Source: Deltaproteobacteria bacterium (GTDB taxonomy: Bacteria; Myxococcota_A; Polyangia; HGW-17). From it: 64,000 bases of DNA. Shown piece by piece: positions 40,604 to 49,914 of this stretch. Positions within the stretch are counted from its first letter, which is position 1. Every line of letters begins with the position of its first letter. The stretch is from NCBI GenBank assembly GCA_027858615.1, contig JAQICJ010000286.1, positions 1,926-65,925 on the forward strand, read 5' to 3'. Made by a program: the position numbers and the translations under genes. The notes below the pieces were generated by a model that was given only the letters and a program-made list of their open reading frames with translations, ran no database searches and was not told where the DNA came from.

Positions 40604-42037
40604 TCATAAAGCGAATTCTTTAATTTTGTTCTGCAAACCTTTGCGGCTGATTTTGAGTAGTTTGGCGGCTTTACTGACATTGCCCCCGGTTTTTTTGAGT
40701 GTTTTGGCAATTATTTCTTTTTCAATTCTGTTTTTTTCCTGCTTTACAACTTCTTTCAGACCACCCTTGTCCAGAGAATTTTTAGCAGGCAGGTTGGTTT
40801 TGCTGGTATTGTGACTGGAGACGATGATTTCCCCGGGTAAATCCTCGACGGTTATCTGGTTGCCCTCTGAGAGAAGAAGAATTCTCTGGGTCAGATTTTC
40901 CAACTCCCGGATATTACCGGGCCAGGAATAATTTTCCATCATGGTAACAGCCCCTTGGGTGAAATGAGGCAACTGGGGATTGAGATCTGCATATTTGTGA
41001 CAGAAAAAATCGATGAGTGGTTTGATATCTTCTTTACGTTCTCTCAAGGGAGCTAGATTCACAGGAACTACATTGAGGCGGTAGTAAAGATCTTCTCTGA
41101 ACTTTTTTTGTTCCACAAGTTGTTTGAGATTGTGGTTGGTGCAGGCGATAATACGGACATCGATTCTGATGGTTTCTATTCCTCCCACCCTTTCAAATTC
41201 GTTTTCCTGGAGAACTCGCAATAATTTTGCCTGCATGAATAGAGGAATTTCGCTGATTTCGTCGAGGAGGAGGGTTCCTTTGTGAGCCAGTTCGAATTTG
41301 CCGGGTTTTGCACTGACTGCTCCGGTAAAAGCTCCTTTCTCATAACCGAAAAACTCACTTTCCGTGAGATTTTCAGGGATGGCGGCACAATTGACTCTGA
41401 CAAAAGGTTTGTTTTTACGGGGAGACAGATTGTGAATGGCTTGGGCGACGAGTTCTTTGCCGGTTCCGCTTTCCCCGGTAATCAAAACGGTAGAAGCCGA
41501 GGGACTGATCTTTTCGATGAGGGTGAAAACCTGGTTTATTTTGCTGCTGACTCCCACCATGTTGAATTTAGAAGGAATACTATGATCAGAAGGTACGGTT
41601 TGTTTGCGGTATATTTGCTTGTGACTTTTTACAGCTTTGTTGACAGTAGCCAGGAGATGATCCTTTTCAAAGGGTTTTTCGATATAATCGAAAGCTCCGG
41701 CTTTAACTGCAGCAACGGCATTATTGATGGAACCATGGGCAGTAAGAATAATTACAGGTAGATTTTCAGAAATTTCCTTGATTTTGCCCAGAAGTTCCAC
41801 CCCGTCCATTCGAGGCATTTTGAGATCGGTAAGGACTACATCTATTTCAGGATTCTCCTGAAAAATTTTCATTGCTTCTTTGCCGTCAGAAGCTCTGAGG
41901 CAGGAAAATCCATCCCGGGAAAGATGGGTGGAAATTACTTTGCGCAGATTTTTTTCATCATCAACACTTAAAATTGCCGGTTTGGTTTTCAATATTGCCA
42001 TGATCTGAATTTTTATTTCTATTGGGTAAAATGGCAA
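40604..42037 (-). CDS. sigma-54-dependent response regulator (NtrC family): receiver + AAA+ + HTH (probable start at internal Met, 42001)
   Basis: Receiver domain (ILSVDDE...LTDLKMPRMDG), Walker A GESGTGKE, ESEFFGYEKGAFTGA, and C-terminal AAKLLKISRKGL HTH. Confidence 0.85.
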   Translation of the reverse strand: MPFYPIEIKIQIMAILKTKPAILSVDDEKNLRKVISTHLSRDGFSCLRASDGKEAMKIFQENPEIDVVLTDLKMPRMDGVELLGKIKEISENLPVIILTAHGSINNAVAAVKAGAFDYIEKPFEKDHLLATVNKAVKSHKQIYRKQTVPSDHSIPSKFNMVGVSSKINQVFTLIEKISPSASTVLITGESGTGKELVAQAIHNLSPRKNKPFVRVNCAAIPENLTESEFFGYEKGAFTGAVSAKPGKFELAHKGTLLLDEISEIPLFMQAKLLRVLQENEFERVGGIETIRIDVRIIACTNHNLKQLVEQKKFREDLYYRLNVVPVNLAPLRERKEDIKPLIDFFCHKYADLNPQLPHFTQGAVTMMENYSWPGNIRELENLTQRILLLSEGNQITVEDLPGEIIVSSHNTSKTNLPAKNSLDKGGLKEVVKQEKNRIEKEIIAKTLKKTGGNVSKAAKLLKISRKGLQNKIKEFAL

Positions 42038-42144
42038 CAGAAAAATAAAAAAAGAAGATTTTTTTTAAAAAAATTCGATAATAAAGACAGGGTTTCAAAA
42101 AAAATAGAAAAATTTTAGTAGATTTATAAATTCAAAGATGGAGT

Positions 42145-42549
42145 TTGAAGATGGAAACTGAAAATACCAGAATTAGAGGAAAAAAAGCCGAAGAATTTGT
42201 CAAAAAGTATCTGTTGCGTCGAGGATATGAAATTATCGAAGAAAATTTTGAAGTTCATAATTTAGGAGAGATAGATCTTATTGCCAGAAAAAAGGGAATG
42301 GTAGTAATAGTGGAAGTGCGTTCCAGAAAAAAGGTAGTTTTACAGATAAACCCCCTCGAAACGGTAAAAAGACCCAAAAGAAGCAGAATCATCAAGACTA
42401 CAGCGGTATTCTTAAGTAAAAACAAAGAAGTAGTGAAAACAATGAGAGAGTTGAGATTTGACATCGCTTCAATAATTGTTACAGATAAAGGAAAATACAG
42501 ATTAAGGTATCTTGAAGAAGCCTTCCAGGCCAAAGACAGTTGGCTTTAA
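42145..42549 (+). CDS. YraN-family (UPF0102) putative endonuclease
   Basis: GKKAEEFVKKYLLRRGYEIIEENF...GEIDLIARKKGMVVIVEVRSR, the hallmark YraN motif. Confidence 0.8.
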   Translation: MKMETENTRIRGKKAEEFVKKYLLRRGYEIIEENFEVHNLGEIDLIARKKGMVVIVEVRSRKKVVLQINPLETVKRPKRSRIIKTTAVFLSKNKEVVKTMRELRFDIASIIVTDKGKYRLRYLEEAFQAKDSWL

Positions 42550-42802
42550 TGCAATTGATTGTTTTATCTGTTTAATTGTGAACAAAATAACCATTAAAAA
42601 TATTGACAAAATTTTTGAACTGTTGCATTTATGTGCCATAGTAATTAAATGTTAACTGGTTTATACCATTAATTAATTAATTCTGTTTTATTAACCCTTG
42701 CTTTTATTAACTTACTTTAATCTAAATCCGGTTTATTCACCTTAAACCATTTTGCTGGTTTTTGGAAAATAACGGATTTCTACAAATTTTCAGGAGATTA
42801 TC

Positions 42803-43591
42803 ATGAAAACCAAATTACTTTCTATTCTCGCAATTTCAATATTTTTTGTTTTTGCTGGCTGCGATGACGATGAAGACAGCAACAACACCAACAACGTCAA
42901 TAATACCAACAACGTCAATAACACCAATAATGTCAATTGTGGCAATGATATAGTTGAAACCGATGAAGTATGTGACGGCACTGCTCTTGACGGTGAAGAT
43001 TGCACAACAATCGGCGATTATACCGGTGGTGAGCTTAATTGTGCAGCCGATTGCCTTTCCTTTGACGAATCAGCCTGTACTGCCAACACCAATAATGTTA
43101 ATTGTGGCAATGGTATAGTTGAAAGCGGTGAAGTATGTGACGGCACTGCTCTTGACGGTGAAGATTGCACAACAGTCGGCGATTATATCGGTGGCGAGCT
43201 TGACTGTGCAGACGATTGCCTTTCTTTTGACGAAGCAGCTTGTACTGCTGATGCTACTCCGACTCCCGACGGATTTGTCGGATCAAGTTGTACCGATGTG
43301 GCTGATTGTACAGAAGTTGCAGATGCTACAGGTCTTACTGCTGAATGTGTTGAACAATTATCCATGATCACTTTGCCGGACGGTTATTGCTCTTCAACAT
43401 GTGATGTAGCTGCCGATCCCGATCCATGCGGTGATGCTGGTGGTGAATGCGTAGATATCATGGGTATGTTCATCTATTGTTTGCAGCCATGTGTTGAGGG
43501 AAATGGCGAATGTCGTACAGGTTATCAGTGCGCTGCTTTATCCGAAGAAGCTGGTGCTCCCACCTATTGTCTCCCTCCCTTAGGTGTGTAA
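42803..43591 (+). CDS. secreted cysteine-rich repeat lipoprotein (Myxococcus-type CGNG..E.CDG Cys-rich repeats)
   Basis: Lipobox FAGC, NTNNVN x3 low-complexity spacer, two near-identical repeats CGNGIVE.GEVCDGTALDGEDCTT.GDY.GGEL.CA.DCLSFDE..C, and a Cys-rich C-terminus. Locally more G+C-rich than its neighbours. Confidence 0.7.
   Translation: MKTKLLSILAISIFFVFAGCDDDEDSNNTNNVNNTNNVNNTNNVNCGNDIVETDEVCDGTALDGEDCTTIGDYTGGELNCAADCLSFDESACTANTNNVNCGNGIVESGEVCDGTALDGEDCTTVGDYIGGELDCADDCLSFDEAACTADATPTPDGFVGSSCTDVADCTEVADATGLTAECVEQLSMITLPDGYCSSTCDVAADPDPCGDAGGECVDIMGMFIYCLQPCVEGNGECRTGYQCAALSEEAGAPTYCLPPLGV
42935..43250 (+). repeat. two tandem direct repeats of about 165 bp (over 90% identical) inside the Cys-rich lipoprotein gene, preceded by three copies of an 18-bp unit (42893-42946)
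   Basis: Direct sequence comparison of 42935-43099 with 43100-43250. Confidence 0.85.
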
Positions 43592-43735
43592 TAATTTCGG
43601 TTTTCAGTTTATCCCCAGCGGGATAAACCAAATCTGAACTACTTCCATCTTTTTTACTTTTCAATTTACTGCTTATCAGTTCAAATCTCAGGGGTTTTTC
43701 AGCCAATCAGGCTTAATGCGGTTCCAGACCCAGGA

Positions 43736-44743
43736 TCAACTTCCGTCTGTTTCAGCCCAGATTCCGGGAATTTTGTGGTTGCAACCCGGGCATCTGCCTT
43801 TGGCAATCCGGTTGCTTTGTACCTTGTAGCCGTATCTTTCAATCAATATAGTTTGACATTGGGGACAGATGGTATTTTGATAACCTTGTCCCCGCAAATT
43901 TCCCAAATATACAAATTGAATCCCGTTGGATTTAGCGATGGTTCGGGCTTTAAGCAGAGTAGACACCGGAGTGGCGGGTAGATTGCGCAATTTATGGTGG
44001 GGAAAAAATCGGGATATATGCAAAGGTACTTCGGGACCTAATTCTTTGGTTATCCAACGGGTAAGCTGGTTAATTTTCTCTTCGCTGTCATTTTTACCGG
44101 GAATTATCAGAAAGGTGAGTTCGAGCCAAATACCCCTTTGTTTAAAAAGTTTTGCGGTTTCCAAAACCGGTTTTAACGTAGCCGAACAGATGTCCCGGTA
44201 GAATTTATCGCTGAAAGCTTTTAGATCAAGGTTGACAGCATCTATTGAAGGAATCGCTTTGAGCAGGGGCTGGCGATTGATGTAACCTGCTGTAATCCAG
44301 TAGTTCAACAGTCCGCGGCTTTTGGCCTTTTGGCCGATATCAAGGGCGTATTCGTAAAAAACCACGGGATCGGTATAGGTGAGAGCGATTCCCTGGCAGG
44401 ATTTTTTGAGAGCGGTGGTAACAACTTTCTCAGGGGAGATTTTATAAGCTTTTCTTTGCAGGGGAGAAACCTGGGAAAGACCGGCATTTTGGCAGTTGAG
44501 ACAATGAAGGTTGCAGCCGGTGGTGGCAATGGAGAAAGCTTTGGAGCCGGGCAGGACATGAAAAAGAGGCTTTTTTTCCACGGGATCGATGTGAACAGCG
44601 GCGGGTCGGCCATAGGTGAGAGCCAGCAATTTGCCGTTGTGGTTGTAACGGATACGGCAATCACCGGTTTCTCCCGGGGAAATTTTGCATAATTTGGGAC
44701 AAAGGTTGCAGGTAAGTTGTTTATTCATTGACATTTTTTTCAT
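43736..44743 (-). CDS. radical SAM enzyme, AmmeMemoRadiSam-system type, paralog 2 (ORF open to 44773; start probably one of the Met at 44743/44734/44728)
   Basis: CNLCPKLC...GDC N-terminal cluster, DPVEKKPLFHVLPGSK, GCNLHCLNCQN. It aligns along its length with paralog 1. Confidence 0.75.
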   Translation of the reverse strand: MKKMSMNKQLTCNLCPKLCKISPGETGDCRIRYNHNGKLLALTYGRPAAVHIDPVEKKPLFHVLPGSKAFSIATTGCNLHCLNCQNAGLSQVSPLQRKAYKISPEKVVTTALKKSCQGIALTYTDPVVFYEYALDIGQKAKSRGLLNYWITAGYINRQPLLKAIPSIDAVNLDLKAFSDKFYRDICSATLKPVLETAKLFKQRGIWLELTFLIIPGKNDSEEKINQLTRWITKELGPEVPLHISRFFPHHKLRNLPATPVSTLLKARTIAKSNGIQFVYLGNLRGQGYQNTICPQCQTILIERYGYKVQSNRIAKGRCPGCNHKIPGIWAETDGS

Positions 44744-44840
44744 AAAAAAGAGCTTCGTGTCCTGAAAGAACACCGCTTTTGACTGCTTTAATCAATTTGT
44801 TATCCTGTTTGGGGGTATTTTTATCGGTTGCTTTATTCAT
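44721..44840 (-). CDS. small ORF (about 39 aa, MNKATDKNTPKQDNKLIKAVKSGVLSGHEALFYEKNVNE) overlapping the rSAM start; possible coupled small protein. A longer 109-aa frame with a hydrophobic helix extends to 45050
   Basis: Its reading frame ends with TAA 8 nt inside the rSAM ATG region (ATGAATAA overlap). No homology recognised. Confidence 0.25.
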   Translation of the reverse strand: MNKATDKNTPKQDNKLIKAVKSGVLSGHEALFYEKNVNE

Positions 44841-45190
44841 GTTTGCTTTAACAGACCCGGTGCCATTGCGAGAAAAGATAGTCAGATTGGAATAATTGCA
44901 AAAAATGAGAATGAGATAGAGAACAACAAAAACCACCGAGATGCCAATTTGAAATTTATGCAAAGAAAAGGATTTTTGTGAATACATGCCAAAAATATAG
45001 CAAAAAAAAAAACAATTGAAAGTTCTTTGCTTTTTAGTTGTACTAATCAACTAATGTGAAAAAATTAGCAAAAAACTTTGCAAGTTTTGGTTCAGCTTGT
45101 TTTAGATCAATATTTATGGCAAGTTCAAGAATATTAGTTTGAAAGAGAACCAACTGCCAAAAATTAATCGAGTACAAGGAGAAAATAATC

Positions 45191-46606
45191 ATGATGAAAT
45201 TTCAATCCATGGATCAGGTAACCAATTTTGTGGAACAGGAAAAAATTGCATGGCTCGATATCAAATTCTGCGATTTTACCGGAAGATTAAGACATATCAC
45301 CTTGCCAGCCAGTGCTCATTCCCTTGATGTTCTGCGAAACAACGGCCTTGGTTTTGATGCGTCCAGTCTCAATCTCCAGACTCTGGAAAATGCTGATATG
45401 GTATTGAAACCCTGTTTGGATGCTGCTTTTATTGATCCTTTTTTCCCGGAAAAAACTCTTTCTTTTCTGGCATCAGCGGTTGATGCCGTGTCCGGTGTCT
45501 ATTCAGAGCTCGATCCAAGAAATATAGCGAAAAAAGCTCGTGATTATGCCCTGAAAGAGAAAATTTGCACCGAAGCATTGTTTGCCCCTGAATATGAATT
45601 CTATCTGTTTAAAAAACTCGAATACAATCAAGGTGTACTTGCCGATGGTTACCGGATTGAGCCCTTAGGACACAATGAAGTTTCTGCAGAACTCAATTTT
45701 GGTATCCATGAAGGTTATCACAGTGCTCCTCCCGAAGATAAATCTCTTGAATTCAGATTGGAAACTGCCAGAATCCTGGGAGAACTGGGAGTTGAAATTC
45801 ATTATCACCATCATGAAGTAGGTGGTTTTGGCCAGGGAGAATTTGAAGTTGGTCTTACACCCATGGTAAGAGCAGCGGATGAAGCTGTTCTGATCAAGTA
45901 TGTAGCCCGTCAGTTGGCGGCAAAGATGGGGTTTTCCATTACCTTCATGCCTAAACCCCTGGCCGGACACCCCGGCAACGGTATGCACTGTCACCAGACT
46001 CTGATGAACAAAGATGAAAATCTTTTTTACGATCAAGATGGTTATTGCGGTCTCAGTCAGATGGCAACAGATTATATCTGCGGTATTCTCTATAATGGAC
46101 CGGCTTTGTTGGCGTTGACCAACCCTTCAACCAACAGTTACCGTCGTTTGATTCCGGGGTTTGAAGCTCCTACCAGGCTCTTTTTCAGCGGAGGTAACCG
46201 CAGTGCGGCCATCAGAATTCCCATGTACGCCAAAAATACAGGAGAACAACGCATTGAATTCCGCTCCCCCGATGCCACAGCTAATCCTTACTTTTTACTC
46301 GCAGGCCAACTTATGGCAGGAATTGACGGAATAAAAAACAAATACGATCCCCAAACAAACAACTTCGGTCCTGTTGAAGATAATATTTTCAACTGGCCTC
46401 TCGAAAAGCGACAGACTCTTAAAGCATTACCTGAAACTTTGGACCAGGCTCTCTCAGCTTTACAGGAAAACAGCAGTTTTCTGGAAAAAGGCTCGACTTT
46501 TACCCCTCAATTTATTAATAAGTGGATTAAAGTAAAGAAAACTGAATTAAAAGAATTCAGAGGTGTTCCCCATCCTCTTGAATTAAAAAAATATTACGGA
46601 GTATAG
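45191..46606 (+). CDS. glnA: glutamine synthetase, type I family
   Basis: 471 aa. N-terminal beta-grasp (WLDIKFCDFTGRLRHITLP), GNGMHCHQ and SYRRLIPGFEAPTRL motifs. AGGAG RBS upstream. Confidence 0.8.
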   Translation: MMKFQSMDQVTNFVEQEKIAWLDIKFCDFTGRLRHITLPASAHSLDVLRNNGLGFDASSLNLQTLENADMVLKPCLDAAFIDPFFPEKTLSFLASAVDAVSGVYSELDPRNIAKKARDYALKEKICTEALFAPEYEFYLFKKLEYNQGVLADGYRIEPLGHNEVSAELNFGIHEGYHSAPPEDKSLEFRLETARILGELGVEIHYHHHEVGGFGQGEFEVGLTPMVRAADEAVLIKYVARQLAAKMGFSITFMPKPLAGHPGNGMHCHQTLMNKDENLFYDQDGYCGLSQMATDYICGILYNGPALLALTNPSTNSYRRLIPGFEAPTRLFFSGGNRSAAIRIPMYAKNTGEQRIEFRSPDATANPYFLLAGQLMAGIDGIKNKYDPQTNNFGPVEDNIFNWPLEKRQTLKALPETLDQALSALQENSSFLEKGSTFTPQFINKWIKVKKTELKEFRGVPHPLELKKYYGV

Positions 46607-46608
46607 TA

Positions 46609-49600
46609 ATGACCGCAAAGACAACAAGTTCCAAAAAGGATAACTTTTTTTCCGATACGATCGATAGTACCAAATCAATTCTGATTGATTTCAAAAATTT
46701 TGCCTTTTCCGGTTTCAGTCCCACCCAAATTGTTCGCAACTTAATGGGGTTGACAATTTTGATCGTTTTTTTCAGCATAGTGCTGGGATATTCTTTCGAT
46801 CACAAAAGTGAACTCACCTCTTTTTTCTATTCTTTTTTTAAAACAATTTATTATTTTTCCGGTTTTATAGTTGTGTTCAAAATTATCCAATTGGCTTTCG
46901 GGAGAAAATTGAATTTTTCCAAAGAAAGTGTAGCGATACTTAACCTGCTGACTCTGGTGCTGGTTTTTCTGAGTTTCCTGGGAATAGGACTCTCTTTTTA
47001 CCAGACGGTACGATATTACCGCCTCTTTGTTGTTCCCAAGATTATTCTTCTCTACCCCGGTGCTTCTATTTTATTGGGGCTGACAGCAATAACCCTGATT
47101 TTTGAAAAAAAGATCAGAAAAAGTGTTTATAAAACTCCGTTGTTCATAATAATTGGTCTTTATGCCCTCTGGCTGCTGGTCAACATTTTTGTTTCCACCA
47201 TGCCTCTGGTTACTTTATTCGGTTCGGTGGTTCGTCAGATGGGAGTTATTTCCATCTGGTCAATGCTGATCATGGCTGTGGCCACTGCTCTTTGGTTGCG
47301 TGGTGATAAAAAGCGCTTCAAAATTATCTTCCACTTTGTCCTTTTTGTCGGCTTGCTCCTGTCTTTGCGTGCGTTTTACGAAATGACCAGAGTGGATGTC
47401 AGATCTTATCGTCCTTCAGGTTTTGCCGGTAATCCCGATTATTATGCCAATAACCTTGTTTTTACGGTTATTTTTTCCCTTTTTGCTTTTCTTCAGTCCC
47501 GTCGTAATAAACTGGAATCAATTTTCACCGGCCTGGTTTTCATGGCCGGTTTTTATGCTCTGGTTCTCAGCAGAACCAGAGGAGCCTGGCTGGGGCTCGG
47601 ATTTGCCAGTACTATCGGCATGTTTGCTTTCAATCCTGCAAAATTTCTCACCCTCAGGGAAATTCGCTGGAAACTTGCTGCTATTTTGGCAATGATTGTT
47701 GCCGGTTTTCTTTTGTATTACTTTTATATTGGCTCGGTTCTACCTCCCGACGGAGCTAAAGCTTCTTTGATAAAACAAGCTCAGCAGGTCATGGCCAGAC
47801 GGGTCAGCAATTCTATTTTCGTTTTTCTAACCATAGTTCCCATTTTGGCTCGACTGCTCTGGAACTCCTTTGCCAAAATCAAGTTGCGTCTTTCGATTTT
47901 CGGTAGTCTGATGCTGGTTTTTTCCCTTTTCCTGGTAATTCCCCAAACCAGAAAACCAATTTTCGGTCTGGTGGACAAGGCTTTGAGTGTTCGCCGCATT
48001 CTCGATCCCAAACATGGTGAACCTAGATTGAAGTTATGGGAAGATACCCTGCCCATGATAGCTGATCACTGGTTTTTGGGAGTAGGTCGCGAAACGTACA
48101 GAGTCAATTTTCTCCAGTACAAAACCTTCGATCTGGCCTACAGGGATCCGGGAGTAAATTACCGATCCTCCCATAATATGTTCGTCGATCAGGTTGTTAT
48201 GGAGGGTTTCCCCGGAATTATCTTCTTTCTTTTAATTATGGGAATGGGAATCTGGCTCATTTTTGTGCGCAATCGCAAGGACAAAGAAGATTCTCAGACA
48301 GGACTGCTTCTCACGGGAGTAGGGTTGGCCGTCTTTGGTTATCTTGGTCATTCCCTTACCATTTATGATGTTTTGCCTTCTTCAGCCTATATTTATCTAA
48401 GTCTGGGCATGGCTCTGGGTATGGCAGCTCCACGGCTGGTCAAGGCCGGCAGAAAAAACCGTAAAAAATCCCAAATTCCCAAAAGGTGGAATCTTAAATA
48501 TCTGTACAAGGCAGTGGCGATTGGAACGGTCATTGCAATTATAACAATTCCCGCTGTTTATTATGTAAGCCGGCATCACTATGCAGATAAATATCTTTCT
48601 CAATTATCCTATGCATCCGGTGCCCTCAAGCAATTTCGCAGTTCACTGGGAAATAAATACAAAGTGGATAAAAATATGAAAAGTGCCAGGGCTTCCAGCA
48701 CTATTCTGCTCAAATCCAATCCCTCCGAACGCCATCTCAACCAGATTGCCAAAAATTACAAAATTCCCCGTAAAAATCTTAACAACCCCAAATTGCGTCG
48801 CCGCTACGCCATCTCCATCAGCAACAGAATCAAAAAACAACAACATCTTGTGGACAATGTAATTATCCCCAATATCAAAAAAGTTTTGAAATATGCAAAG
48901 AAGGTCAAAGAGTACGATCCCGGTCTTGGTTATCATCCATATATGATCGGGCATTTGGGACAGGTGCTCATGCAGTACCAGAGTTACGGAATAGGAATGA
49001 CCGGAGATAAACTCCATGAATTTCTTCTGAATTCTTCTCGCAGGGGAGTGCACAACAACACCAATCCTGAAAGTGCTTATTCCCGACTGGCCAGTGGTTA
49101 TTATGCTGTTGCCACTTATCATTTCAATAAGCGAAATTACCAAAAGGCTTGGGAAAATTATCAAAAAGCGCTGGAGGCGGTACAAGGCTCCATCAATCAT
49201 GATCGCCTTTATTACGACACCCATCGTATCAAATCCATTTTTCTTTTGCGTAAATTCTGTGAAATTGAAAAGGCCGAGGAAGAACTGAACAAAGCCAAGA
49301 ATGTTCTGATTAACTCCATTATGGGTCGTTATCATAAGGTTCTGCAAACCTATTCTCCCATGTATTTCAAAATAGCTCTTGCCTATTTTGAGCGAGCCCA
49401 ATCCGGCCCAAACCAAAAAAAGGTAGCTGATTTTATAAATGTAGTTCGAGTTCTGGGCACAATTTCTCAGGTTGAACAATTTCTCAATCAGAAAAAAATT
49501 GATAAAAACCGGAAAAAAATTGAAAAAATACAAAAACCTCTCAACAGGATAGAAACCAGATTGAAAGCTTTAAAAACCAGAGTTGATGGTAAAAATCTCG

Positions 49601-49914
49601 CTAATTATCTTAGCCAGATCAACCGGTTGGAAAGCAAAGGAAAAGATCTGCAAAAGGAATTAGTCGAAAAGTCCAAAAAAGATGAAGCTTTGTTAAGAAG
49701 AATGGGAGTAATTAAAAAAACTGCTACCGGAACAGATAAAATAAAAACAGAGCTCAAAGCACTTGCCAAAGACCAGAATCCGGATAACCGGGTTTTGGCC
49801 ACCTATAAAAAGAAGATAGAAAAACTTTTTCGAGTTTTCCCGGGCCAGAGATCTTCCAAACTATATTCCACCTGCCGGAGAAACCTTGAACTTATGAAAG
49901 GAGCAGCCAAGTGA
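46609..49914 (+). CDS. O-antigen ligase (Wzy_C/WaaL-like) multi-pass membrane domain fused to a roughly 500-aa C-terminal TPR-like domain
   Basis: About 10 TM helices with SRTRGAWLG and HNMFVDQVVMEGFPG motifs (WaaL/PglL-like H-N-x-x motif). C-terminal helical-repeat region. Start is 2 nt after the glnA stop, and the stop overlaps the purA start. Confidence 0.6.
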   Translation: MTAKTTSSKKDNFFSDTIDSTKSILIDFKNFAFSGFSPTQIVRNLMGLTILIVFFSIVLGYSFDHKSELTSFFYSFFKTIYYFSGFIVVFKIIQLAFGRKLNFSKESVAILNLLTLVLVFLSFLGIGLSFYQTVRYYRLFVVPKIILLYPGASILLGLTAITLIFEKKIRKSVYKTPLFIIIGLYALWLLVNIFVSTMPLVTLFGSVVRQMGVISIWSMLIMAVATALWLRGDKKRFKIIFHFVLFVGLLLSLRAFYEMTRVDVRSYRPSGFAGNPDYYANNLVFTVIFSLFAFLQSRRNKLESIFTGLVFMAGFYALVLSRTRGAWLGLGFASTIGMFAFNPAKFLTLREIRWKLAAILAMIVAGFLLYYFYIGSVLPPDGAKASLIKQAQQVMARRVSNSIFVFLTIVPILARLLWNSFAKIKLRLSIFGSLMLVFSLFLVIPQTRKPIFGLVDKALSVRRILDPKHGEPRLKLWEDTLPMIADHWFLGVGRETYRVNFLQYKTFDLAYRDPGVNYRSSHNMFVDQVVMEGFPGIIFFLLIMGMGIWLIFVRNRKDKEDSQTGLLLTGVGLAVFGYLGHSLTIYDVLPSSAYIYLSLGMALGMAAPRLVKAGRKNRKKSQIPKRWNLKYLYKAVAIGTVIAIITIPAVYYVSRHHYADKYLSQLSYASGALKQFRSSLGNKYKVDKNMKSARASSTILLKSNPSERHLNQIAKNYKIPRKNLNNPKLRRRYAISISNRIKKQQHLVDNVIIPNIKKVLKYAKKVKEYDPGLGYHPYMIGHLGQVLMQYQSYGIGMTGDKLHEFLLNSSRRGVHNNTNPESAYSRLASGYYAVATYHFNKRNYQKAWENYQKALEAVQGSINHDRLYYDTHRIKSIFLLRKFCEIEKAEEELNKAKNVLINSIMGRYHKVLQTYSPMYFKIALAYFERAQSGPNQKKVADFINVVRVLGTISQVEQFLNQKKIDKNRKKIEKIQKPLNRIETRLKALKTRVDGKNLANYLSQINRLESKGKDLQKELVEKSKKDEALLRRMGVIKKTATGTDKIKTELKALAKDQNPDNRVLATYKKKIEKLFRVFPGQRSSKLYSTCRRNLELMKGAAK

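Noticed and set aside
44721-45050. Full 109-aa version of the small ORF upstream of rSAM paralog 2 as a confident membrane protein
   Set aside because: Its 5' two-thirds run through the A-rich glnA promoter region (poly-A tract) with no RBS. Only the 39-aa 3' portion, overlapping the rSAM start, is retained as a low-confidence call.
48643-49533. 296-aa minus-strand ORF inside the O-antigen-ligase/TPR gene
   Set aside because: It is antisense to a long ORF with membrane-domain motifs and tight coupling to glnA/purA. No motifs were found.
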